Source of the DNA: Candidatus Kapaibacterium sp.
GTDB taxonomy: Bacteria; Bacteroidota; Ignavibacteria; OLB7
Assembly (NCBI GenBank): GCA_050248595.1
Contig: JBFWSB010000004.1
Coordinates: 1-36,482, forward strand
Direction: 5' to 3'
DNA length: 36,482 nucleotides
The notes beneath the pieces were generated by a model. It was not told the origin of the DNA and made no database searches. It saw nothing but the letters and a program-made list of their open reading frames with translations. Shown piece by piece: positions 8,125 through 16,547 of the stretch. How positions within the stretch are numbered: position 1 is the stretch's first letter; every line of letters starts with the position of its first letter. The position numbers were made by a program, and so were the translations under genes.

Positions 8125-8274
8125 TCACTCGGGATATTCAAACAGGTGAGCGTAGTTCCCACTATTTACCTGAATCTGAGGTTTTCTGAGGTTCAGTGGT
8201 TGTACTTCAATCAGAGGATTGAGCCGGTATAGCTCTTTCAGACCTGTCAGGAAGGGTTGTATATCTGAAAGACT
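8125..8274 (-). other. Alternative (excised/attP-state) integrase C-terminal coding segment, 49 codons plus stop
   Basis: In frame with the FGCP codons of the att core: SLSDIQPFLTGLKELYRLNPLIEVQPLNLRKPQIQVNSGNYAHLFEYPE*. Confidence 0.75.
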
Positions 8275-8396
8275 CGGGCAACCAAACGGTACTGACTCCG
8301 GAAACGTGGAGTTAGTACCGTTTTTGTTTCTGCGATTCTCTTCAGATTTCCGCGATAACAGGGCACTTGCAGGGTTCAGATGTGGGGTTCGATATT
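8274..8396 (-). pseudogene. Right junction and remnant of a related serine-integrase 3' region (repeat copy 2)
   Basis: Encodes YRTPHLNPASALLSRKSEENRRNKNGTNSTFPESVPFGCP versus YQTTDLNPVLALLSRNSEENRRKENGTNSTFPELVPFGCP in the intact integrase. Homology stops at about 8396. Confidence 0.8.
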
Positions 8397-8497
8397 GCGG
8401 CCTTGCTTGGGTTTCCACGAACTCCAATCAGCACACCTAACAATACTTCCAATTCACATCTGTTCAACCAACAACGCAAGTTCATACGCTACATCTG

Positions 8498-10876
8498 TCA
8501 TTGTTTTGAAAGATGATTTCCAGATCGATCCACTAAAAACGTCGTCTCGTATCCTTGCTCATCTGTCTCGTGTGCGTGAAGCTGCCCCGACTCCGACATG
8601 ATGAACTGTCTCAATTGAAGAGGCGAACGCCCTTCGAGAAACGGGATCAGAGTTCTTCCACGAAGGTCGAGCAGGCACTGATTAGGGCCGTATTCAGTTT
8701 GGTTCGATAGAATGATAACTCCAGCCTGAACTTCGGCATAATCGTATCCGATCTCCACAATCGTGTCGTTCGTGATAGAGACCACTCCCCACTTCCGATC
8801 CTTCGTCACAACAAAGAGATTGTTGACGATTCCGAGTTCACGACCAAAGTTAGCTGAGTCGATCCGGTCATAAACTGATGGAACCGTCGTGTCGCCGTTG
8901 ATGTTGACGACACCCCTACCGCAGGCTGAATGACTCAACGGTTGAGAAAATGGTTCTGACAGGAGGGGTAATGAATCTCTCTCCCGACATTGCGAGACGA
9001 TCTCATAGCCGCGCCTCAGTCGTTGAGCCGTTCGGACTGAATCGGCTTGAGCTGAGGGAAGGAGTAGAGAGTTGCCGGGAACTCCATCAACTTCATCTGT
9101 GGAAGGGAGAAAGAAGCCCGGTCCAAAGTGTAGCGTATGCTTGATGTCAAACCAGTCGGCTACCGCTTCAACCACCATCGAAAAATGATAGTTGACGGTG
9201 TCGATCCTCCCATTTCGGTCGAAGAAAAAGTAGGTGCCAACGTATTGATAGCGTGGTATGCCGGTGTTCAATGAGATACCCGATCCGACAGATGCGATTC
9301 CCACGGAGTCGTTGACCCGAATGACTCCGTGAAAGCTCTGAAACGGATAAATCAATTCTGGGAAGATATCACGACCTTGAAGGTCGATGACCCGGTAGCC
9401 CTCACCGTTGTGTACGATCAATAAGTCGTCGAACAAGGGATAAATTGCCAAGTATTCTATCGGGATTAGCAGGCTGTCAGCCGAAGAGACGACACCAGTC
9501 AGAGAGTTCTGTCCAACAACAAATCGATTGTGGGCAATGGGAACGATTCGGTCGTAACGTATCGGGAGGAGAACTTCGTTCCGACCGTTCACCACTCCGA
9601 AGTGAGAGGCATTCGAAACAATGTATCGATCGTCACCTGCCGATCTGATTGAGTCGTAAACAAAGGGAAGAACAACGATGTTCTCTCGCGTTATCACACC
9701 ATACTTCGAGCCTCGTTGCGCAACCAGGTGACCGTTTCGGAAAGACATAGTGCTCTGGACAATCGTAGCGGGTTGACGCCCCCAGTTAATGGTCGTGATA
9801 AACGACGACGTGTCGACAGGAGAAATCAACGTGTAGTCGAACGGCAGGTGTATACGATTGAACGAGTCGATCACTCCGAATTGACCGTTCGCAGTAGCAA
9901 TGAAATTTCCTTGACCAAGTCGTGCAATCGAATCGTAGAGAGTTGGAACAGTGACTCTCCCGGTTGTGTCGACAACACCCCATTTGCCATCAGACAATGC
10001 CAGAGCAAGACCATCCTCAAACGAATCCAACCAATCGAATTTGGCTGGAACGATCATGCTACCTCGCCGATCAATTGCTCCGATCTTGTCTCTCCCCTCC
10101 TTCTCCACAACCTTCTGCGTCAGTCCATTCCTGAACCTCATAAGCGGAACGGAACGGCCATTAGATTGCAAGAGATACTCCTCAGCGAGCCAATTCTTTA
10201 CGAGCATTCTGCCAATTTGAGGAGCATCGATCACTACCAATTCATTGGTTGCTGGAGTGAGGAGTTCCATCGTTAGCGTTTGCTGTCTGACGATGAAAAA
10301 TTGTCCTTCTCCTACAAACTGCACATAGGATGCTCTGCCCAGATTCCGTACTCCTCCCCGTATGTCGACAAGCCCGTACTCCCAACTGTCCGAAAATCTC
10401 ACAATCGCGTAGCCATCGTAGAACGGACCGATGAACTCCGTCATGATGGGTTCAACAAGAATCTGACCGTCGATACCGATCAGTCCGTAGTGATTGTTCT
10501 GAGTCACGTTTGCAATACCGTTACTGTCGAACGGGTAGATCATATCGTAGATCGGTGGAACGATAATTTGGCCAGTGCTGTCGATTAACCCCACGTAACC
10601 GTTGTTGTAGAGGTAAGCTCTCTCCTCGACAAAGGTGTTCACCCAGTAGGACGAATCCGCAGGTGCAAACGACCTGGTAACGGGATCAAACACTCCATCA
10701 AGTCGTGTTTGCGCAGTAGATGGAAGGCAGGTAAGCAGAACGAAAAGAAGAGGCACCGCGACGTAGTCGAAGTATCGACGCGATGTCAAACGGTGCAATG
10801 TGATCCCTGATGCAGCTTCCATCGACAGGGAGTCAGTTGAGGAAAGAACGTCCTGAGCACTACGTAACTGAATCAT
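8498..10876 (-). CDS. WG-repeat (WG beta repeat) secreted protein
   Basis: Many units such as GKWGVVDTTGRVTVPTLYD and YGLIGIDGQILVEP; signal-like VAVPLLFVLLTCLPSTAQ. Start is uncertain (10972, 10876 or 10822). Confidence 0.88.
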   Translation of the reverse strand: MIQLRSAQDVLSSTDSLSMEAASGITLHRLTSRRYFDYVAVPLLFVLLTCLPSTAQTRLDGVFDPVTRSFAPADSSYWVNTFVEERAYLYNNGYVGLIDSTGQIIVPPIYDMIYPFDSNGIANVTQNNHYGLIGIDGQILVEPIMTEFIGPFYDGYAIVRFSDSWEYGLVDIRGGVRNLGRASYVQFVGEGQFFIVRQQTLTMELLTPATNELVVIDAPQIGRMLVKNWLAEEYLLQSNGRSVPLMRFRNGLTQKVVEKEGRDKIGAIDRRGSMIVPAKFDWLDSFEDGLALALSDGKWGVVDTTGRVTVPTLYDSIARLGQGNFIATANGQFGVIDSFNRIHLPFDYTLISPVDTSSFITTINWGRQPATIVQSTMSFRNGHLVAQRGSKYGVITRENIVVLPFVYDSIRSAGDDRYIVSNASHFGVVNGRNEVLLPIRYDRIVPIAHNRFVVGQNSLTGVVSSADSLLIPIEYLAIYPLFDDLLIVHNGEGYRVIDLQGRDIFPELIYPFQSFHGVIRVNDSVGIASVGSGISLNTGIPRYQYVGTYFFFDRNGRIDTVNYHFSMVVEAVADWFDIKHTLHFGPGFFLPSTDEVDGVPGNSLLLPSAQADSVRTAQRLRRGYEIVSQCRERDSLPLLSEPFSQPLSHSACGRGVVNINGDTTVPSVYDRIDSANFGRELGIVNNLFVVTKDRKWGVVSITNDTIVEIGYDYAEVQAGVIILSNQTEYGPNQCLLDLRGRTLIPFLEGRSPLQLRQFIMSESGQLHAHETDEQGYETTFLVDRSGNHLSKQ

Positions 10877-11035
10877 GCCATCTTGACGATTGTGAAAGAC
10901 TTGTTTGTGGAGGAATAGACAATAGTCGACGATCTTGTAACGGACATCAACACTCCAGATTCTCCTCCTCACATCATCTCATCCTGCCACACCGGTAACC
11001 TCTCAGTTGCTTGCTTAAACCAATCCCATCTCACC

Positions 11036-11063
11036 ACTGGTACAAAAAAGGATTTGTACCAGT
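11036..11063. promoter_or_regulatory. Inverted repeat in the divergent intergenic region (operator-like)
   Basis: ACTGGTACAAA-N6-TTTGTACCAGT; a third half-site ACTGGTACAA at 11168-11177 touches the next start codon. Confidence 0.55.
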
Positions 11064-11176
11064 AGCCGTGTTTGCATTGACATAGGAACTCAGATATACT
11101 TAAAATCTAATAGTGAGACGATCCCTCTTCCTATGTCCAATCAGATATTCCCCACTCTATACAAGATACTGGTACA

Positions 11177-12979
11177 ATGAGTAGTATAAAACAGAGCGTT
11201 TGCTTCGTGGGCTTCCTCTCCCTGTTAACCGTGGCAATTCCTCTGCACGCCCAAGAACGAGACCTGCGTGCGGAGCGGCTTGTGCTGGATGATAACGGAA
11301 CCGACTCCACATTCAACACGATAACGATACAGGCTCCCTCATCACTGCCGCACGACCTTGTCCTGACCATACCAGATCCGGGAACCGGAACAGCAGAGTT
11401 CGTGCTTGCATCCTCGGGAAGTGGTGGGTTCTGGGGACTTGACGGCAACAGCGGAACGACACCCGGCACGCACTTTCTGGGAACGACTGATAGCGTGGCA
11501 GTACAGATTCAAGTGCGGGGAGCAAGTGGAACGATTGCCAACTCACTGATCCTGAACGAGAACGGGAGTTTGCAGCGGGATACGGGGGGAAATGCACGCG
11601 GAGCAAACGCGGTCGACCTTCAGATTTCCCGGAGTGCGGCAACCTATGTAGCAGGGAGCGATTATAGTGTCATCGGAGGGGGTGAACACAACGGGGTTGC
11701 CCCCACTGCCGATTACTCGACGATCGGTGGAGGGTCAACCAACGCCATACATGATAACGCCAGCTATTCCACAATAGGGGGAGGTGGAAGCAACACGATT
11801 GACACCAATTCTCGGTATGCTACGATTGGTGGAGGAGAACTGAACGTCATAGGGACGAATGCCAGCCATTCCACCATCGCGGGAGGAGAGGAGAACAGTA
11901 TTGACTCCACTTCGAATCAGGCTACGATTGGTGGAGGACGAGCAAACCAAATTCGCTCCGGAGCCAATAGCTCCACAATAGGGGGAGGATTCTTCAACCG
12001 GATTTTTGCCGACGCAACCCATGCCACAATTGGGGGAGGAGAAGATAACCGCATCCGCGAGGGAGCCACGCATTCAGCAATAATCGGTGGGTTCCGCAAT
12101 GACATTGGCTCCAACGCCAATTATTCAACGATTGGGGGAGGATTGACCAACAACATCAAAACCACAGCCGACTTTTCCTCGATCGGAGGAGGACAGGATA
12201 ACGTCATCGACATCTTTGCCACCAATTCCACAATCGGTGGAGGGCGTTCCAACTCAATAGGCGACAGTGCTGATTATGGAACCATCGGAGGAGGGCGATT
12301 GAACATTATCCGGGCACACGGTGATTACTCGACAATCGGCGGAGGGTTCGGTAATGTTATTGACGGTCAAAGTTCGGTTATTCCGGGAGGGAGAGGGTTG
12401 AGGCTGGAAGCCGATCGCAGCTTCGGATTTCTTTCCAACAGCGGAAGCAATGGTATGACCATATCGGAATCCGATGTGGCAGTCTTCGGCAACACCAATC
12501 TCTGGTTGGCGAACAACACCGGGACTGCAAGTCAGATCCGTTTCTACGAGGCTAATACGGGAACCGGAAACTTCCCCAGTTCGGACTTCTACACCTCGTT
12601 TGAAGCTCCGGCGCTTGGTGCGACAATCGAGTATATCCTTCCCGGGACAAAGCCGACCCTGGTCGGCCAGGTTCTGGAAGTCTCCGCAATCAACGGCAAC
12701 GAAATTACCCTGACGTGGGGAACCGACGATACGAGGACTGATCGTGATGGTGCGGACGTGCCAACTACCATAGCAGTACCGGACGACAGTTCCGGTTTGG
12801 AGAGTCGGGTAAAGAATCTTGAAGCAGAACTAAAAGCCCGTCGGCAATTGCTTGAAGCTCAGAAACAGCAGATAGAGGCTTTGCAGGCCGAGTTGCACGG
12901 GCTGGACAAACAAGGAACTAATCTCTCTTTGGAGGATATTGAGTTGAAGGAGAGCGTCAATGTGCAAAATGCTGAATAG
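11177..12979 (+). CDS. Secreted fibre/adhesin-like protein with 17-aa STIGGG-x2-N repeats and a C-terminal coiled coil (paralogue 1)
   Basis: Signal peptide (...AIPLHA-Q), WGLDGNSGTTPGTHFLGTTD motif, 14 consecutive 17-aa repeats and a heptad-rich C-terminus. Confidence 0.85.
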   Translation: MSSIKQSVCFVGFLSLLTVAIPLHAQERDLRAERLVLDDNGTDSTFNTITIQAPSSLPHDLVLTIPDPGTGTAEFVLASSGSGGFWGLDGNSGTTPGTHFLGTTDSVAVQIQVRGASGTIANSLILNENGSLQRDTGGNARGANAVDLQISRSAATYVAGSDYSVIGGGEHNGVAPTADYSTIGGGSTNAIHDNASYSTIGGGGSNTIDTNSRYATIGGGELNVIGTNASHSTIAGGEENSIDSTSNQATIGGGRANQIRSGANSSTIGGGFFNRIFADATHATIGGGEDNRIREGATHSAIIGGFRNDIGSNANYSTIGGGLTNNIKTTADFSSIGGGQDNVIDIFATNSTIGGGRSNSIGDSADYGTIGGGRLNIIRAHGDYSTIGGGFGNVIDGQSSVIPGGRGLRLEADRSFGFLSNSGSNGMTISESDVAVFGNTNLWLANNTGTASQIRFYEANTGTGNFPSSDFYTSFEAPALGATIEYILPGTKPTLVGQVLEVSAINGNEITLTWGTDDTRTDRDGADVPTTIAVPDDSSGLESRVKNLEAELKARRQLLEAQKQQIEALQAELHGLDKQGTNLSLEDIELKESVNVQNAE

Positions 12980-13022
12980 AGAGTTCCGCACCATGATCTC
13001 AATTGATAATTATACCGTGAAT

Positions 13023-14798
13023 ATGATGAGACTGAGCTTCGCCTTGATGGTAGCCCTCTCCCTCATCGTCGTGTCAACCGATCTGTACGGGCAAGGACGC
13101 GACCTACGTGCTGAACGCCTCGTCCTCGATGATAACAGAACCGACTCCACACTCAACACGATAACGATACAGACTCCCTCAACGCTGTCACACGATCTGA
13201 TCCTGACCATACCCGACCCGGGAATCGGGGCAACGGAGTTCAGATTGACCTCTTCAGGAAGTGGAGGGTACTGGTCACGTGCTGGCAACAGTGGAACGGT
13301 TCCCGGCACATCCTTTCTTGGAACAACAGACAGCACGGCACTCCAAATCCAGATACGGGGTGCGAGTGGAACAATCGCCAACTCGCTCATCCTCAACCAG
13401 AACAGAAGCTTGCAACGGGATACGGCGGGAGATGCGCGAGGACTGAATGCAGTCGACCTTCAGATAGTACGTAGTGCGGCGACGGAGGTCGCAGCGAGCA
13501 ATCACAGCATCATTACCGGCGGCGAGGGTAACGAGATAACGGCAACTGCTGGAACACATACGACGATACGAGGTGGATCAGGAAATATCATACGTGAGAA
13601 CCAGAGCAGGTCTGCAACGATTGGAGGAGGTTGGAACGGTCTGATTGAAAAAGGGCAACATACCGTAGTCGGTGGCGGAAACGGAAATGTCGTTGATTCG
13701 TCTGGCCCATACTCGGTGATCGGAGGAGGACGATCCAACTTCTTGAACCTCGCTTTTGCCTCGAGCATTGGTGGAGGGGGGGCAAATCGTAGTACCTTCT
13801 TTTCTGTCTATTCGCCGATAGGTGGCGGAGAGGAGAATGAACTTTATAACTCATCCGAATGTGTTGTTATTGGTGGAGAGTCCAATGAAATGTCGCAAAC
13901 GAGTGATGGTGCGATAGGGGGAGGAGGGATAAATTTGATTCAGTTCAATGCCCGCCGTGCCACGATAGGGGCAGGAATCGGAAACATCCTGGACGTCGGG
14001 GTCTCGTTTGCGACAATAAGGGGAGGTGCATTCAATTGGATACGCAGAAGAGCCATTTTTCCCAACGACAGCTGGGCCGTGATAGGTGGAGGAGCAGGTC
14101 ACACTCTCGGGCAAGGGAGCGGAACAAGTATCAGTAATGCTCTCTATGCTGTCATAGCAGGAGGGCGAGGAAATATCATTCGTGTAGATGGTGCATACAG
14201 TACAATCAGTGGAGGTACATTTCATGAAGTTGCCGATTCTTCCTCGGTGATACCTGGCGGACGTTCGCTTGATCTCAACGGCAACCGGAGTTTTGGATTC
14301 CTTGCCAACGGTGGGAGTAATAATATGGCAGTTTCGGAACCCGATGTTGCCCTCTTCGCCAACGTCAACGTTTGGCTGGCGAACAACAATAATCGCCCGA
14401 GCCAGTTGCGCCTGTATGAACCGTACGACACAACTGGCACGTTCCCCGGTTCGGCTCACTACACTTCATTCGAAGCTCCTCCCCTAACCGATACGATCCA
14501 GTATATCCTTCCAGCAACGAAGCCGAGCGCAACCGGTCAGGTTCTGGCAGTCTCGGCTATCAATGGTGACACGATTACCTTAGCGTGGGGAGCCGACAAC
14601 ACAGTAGCTGCTCGTGACGGTGGCGACGTACCAACGACGATAGCAGTACCCGACAACAATTCCCGTCTGGAGATTCAGATAAGGGAACTTGAGGCAGAGT
14701 ATGAAGCGCAAGAACGTCAGTTCGAATTGCAGCAGAAGGAGTTGAAGGCGTTGCAAACCAAGGTGCATCTATTGAAAAGGCAAGAGAGTGATCTTTGA
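13023..14798 (+). CDS. Secreted fibre/adhesin-like repeat protein (paralogue 2)
   Basis: Same architecture with strongly similar N- and C-terminal blocks (RDLRAERLVLDDN..., YTSFEAP..., DVPTTIAVPD). Probable start MMRLSF at 13023; the ORF is open from 12960. Confidence 0.82.
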   Translation: MMRLSFALMVALSLIVVSTDLYGQGRDLRAERLVLDDNRTDSTLNTITIQTPSTLSHDLILTIPDPGIGATEFRLTSSGSGGYWSRAGNSGTVPGTSFLGTTDSTALQIQIRGASGTIANSLILNQNRSLQRDTAGDARGLNAVDLQIVRSAATEVAASNHSIITGGEGNEITATAGTHTTIRGGSGNIIRENQSRSATIGGGWNGLIEKGQHTVVGGGNGNVVDSSGPYSVIGGGRSNFLNLAFASSIGGGGANRSTFFSVYSPIGGGEENELYNSSECVVIGGESNEMSQTSDGAIGGGGINLIQFNARRATIGAGIGNILDVGVSFATIRGGAFNWIRRRAIFPNDSWAVIGGGAGHTLGQGSGTSISNALYAVIAGGRGNIIRVDGAYSTISGGTFHEVADSSSVIPGGRSLDLNGNRSFGFLANGGSNNMAVSEPDVALFANVNVWLANNNNRPSQLRLYEPYDTTGTFPGSAHYTSFEAPPLTDTIQYILPATKPSATGQVLAVSAINGDTITLAWGADNTVAARDGGDVPTTIAVPDNNSRLEIQIRELEAEYEAQERQFELQQKELKALQTKVHLLKRQESDL

Positions 14799-14902
14799 GA
14801 GCCTATCTTGGAAGTCAAGTTGTCGTTATGATTGCGATTTGTGGGAACTGAAAACGATTCAAGTTGGAAGACTGCACGCTCACACTACAAATCCGAAAAG
14901 GG

Positions 14903-15649
14903 TCAGGAAGCCAGAAGCAGCTCAACTACCTCTTCTCGCTCCGTATCGAAGATCAGCACCCCCTCTGAGCAATCGTCCATCTCTCCGGCAAGCGATCCAT
15001 CTCTCTTCCATATTGCCGATCTGCCGACACTTTCAAAGGTATCGCACTGTCCAACAGCATTGGCCATCAACAAAATCATCGAATGTTGGCGTGCAATCAT
15101 CGGATAGTGCTTCGCTCCCCTCTCTACTCCCCCCTCCGGCTTAGCAACACTCGCGAGGTACACCGAAGCATTCAGCATCGCAGCTTGTTCGGCATGTTCG
15201 GGAAGGAGCGATTCATAGCAAATAGCTGGCACCAACTTCTCACCTTCATGAGATAGGACAAGATGCTCTGTACCCGGCACGAAATAGGGGAACTCATCTT
15301 CATGCAAATGTTGCTTGGAGTATGTCGTGGCTTCCTTACCCGGTTGAAGGTAGAACATGCTAATCCGCACACCTGAACCGGCAGCAGTTGGCACCCCCAC
15401 ACCAATCACCATGTTGTGTCTCTCACTCACTGCTTGCAAGCTCTCCAGTCGAGGATCGGTCTCACTCATCACCAAACCTCTCGCAAGCCGAGGTTCGTAG
15501 TTGGTCAACGATAACTCTGGGAATATTATTAGGTCGGTATTCTGTGAGGCAGCTAAGGAGAGAAGTGCTTCGTGTCTCCTCACATTGTAGTCAATATCTC
15601 CGGCTACCGAACGGAGTTGCGCAACGGCAAGTTTCTTGGCATATCGCAT
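14903..15649 (-). CDS. Carbon-nitrogen hydrolase (nitrilase superfamily)
   Basis: Glu-Lys-Cys triad motifs IIFPEL, YSKQHL and AICYE. Confidence 0.93.
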   Translation of the reverse strand: MRYAKKLAVAQLRSVAGDIDYNVRRHEALLSLAASQNTDLIIFPELSLTNYEPRLARGLVMSETDPRLESLQAVSERHNMVIGVGVPTAAGSGVRISMFYLQPGKEATTYSKQHLHEDEFPYFVPGTEHLVLSHEGEKLVPAICYESLLPEHAEQAAMLNASVYLASVAKPEGGVERGAKHYPMIARQHSMILLMANAVGQCDTFESVGRSAIWKRDGSLAGEMDDCSEGVLIFDTEREEVVELLLAS

Positions 15650-15703
15650 TCATAGGTTGTAGGTGCACAAATAACTTCCGAGAGAACTCTCGCTTCCTTA
15701 CAT

Positions 15704-16189
15704 CTACCCGTTTTCTTCAATCTCTATTGAAGTGCACGTTGCCTCGTGCCGCACGGGGAAATTGCAGGAGTTAGCAATGAAGCATTTCTTGTGAGCTTCG
15801 GCGTGTAGCTCTAACGCTCGGTCTATCATCTCAGGTTCTCTCACTGTGACGTTTGGCCTGAGGAGAACTTCGCTGAAACTGCTCGGCTCATTATCTCTTA
15901 GACTCAACACTCCAACAGCTTCGTCAGAGTATGATGTGACGATTACCCCAGCATCTGCACACAAGTGAAGATACCAGAGCATGTGGCAGGATGAGAGTGA
16001 GGCTACCAGCATATCTTCTGGATTGTGCCGCCTGCCATCTCCCCTGAATATCACGTCGGAAGATGCGGGGAGTGGTGGCTTGCCAGGAATCAAGACTTCA
16101 TGGTCTCTTGAATAAGAAGTGTAGTCTGAAGTTCCTGAACCATTGTTTCCAGTCCAGTTGATCGTAACGTTGTACTCGTGGTTTCTCAT
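15704..16189 (-). CDS. OsmC/Ohr-family protein
   Basis: NPEDMLVASLSSCHML and AHKKCFIANS contain the two conserved Cys. Confidence 0.93.
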   Translation of the reverse strand: MRNHEYNVTINWTGNNGSGTSDYTSYSRDHEVLIPGKPPLPASSDVIFRGDGRRHNPEDMLVASLSSCHMLWYLHLCADAGVIVTSYSDEAVGVLSLRDNEPSSFSEVLLRPNVTVREPEMIDRALELHAEAHKKCFIANSCNFPVRHEATCTSIEIEENG

Positions 16190-16547
16190 AGTTCAATATC
16201 TATTACTTGTTCAGCTAATGGTGTCGACTCGAAGTTGCGCTGTCGACGTTGTTTCGTTTCGCACTCCTCTGCAAGCGATTCTATCTTCTCTTCGCTCGCA
16301 GGTATTGCGCCTCTCAACACTGCAAAATAATCGCTTCCCTATGTTAGCAAATCACAATGGATGGCAAGATTTCACCACGGAATGTTTTTTCCGATACTTG
16401 CCTACATATCTCATTCAGAGCTTCCCTTTTCTCTCGCTCTAACGTTCGAAATGTCCTATCTTCGGTCTCACTCTGCGGCCTACATTAGGTTGCAGATTCT
16501 TCGCATGTCATATTCAATGGATTGAACCGAACAGGACACGGATTTCT

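Larger units (their letters stand above)
2721..8289. mobile_element. Small serine-integrase integrative element (5,553 bp between cores) inserted in the 3' end of tRNA-Gln
   Basis: Perfect 16-bp direct repeat TCGGGCAACCAAACGG at 2721-2736 and 8274-8289, which includes the tRNA 3' end. An integrase abuts the tRNA and the cargo at about 6200-8250 is visibly AT-richer. No replication, capsid or conjugation genes are seen. Confidence 0.92.

Noticed and set aside
8125-8427. 100-aa ORF as an independent gene
   Set aside because: It is a chimera across the right junction (old integrase remnant plus the element's alternative tail), with only a TTG start in non-homologous sequence. Expression cannot be excluded.
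11660-12390. 51-bp periodicity as a CRISPR array or DGR repeat
   Set aside because: These are in-frame protein repeats with synonymous variation. There are no identical DNA repeats with spacers, and no cas or reverse transcriptase genes.
14107-14114. TCGGGCAA as the distal att site of the older element
   Set aside because: Only an 8-bp match, inside an intact CDS; expected by chance.
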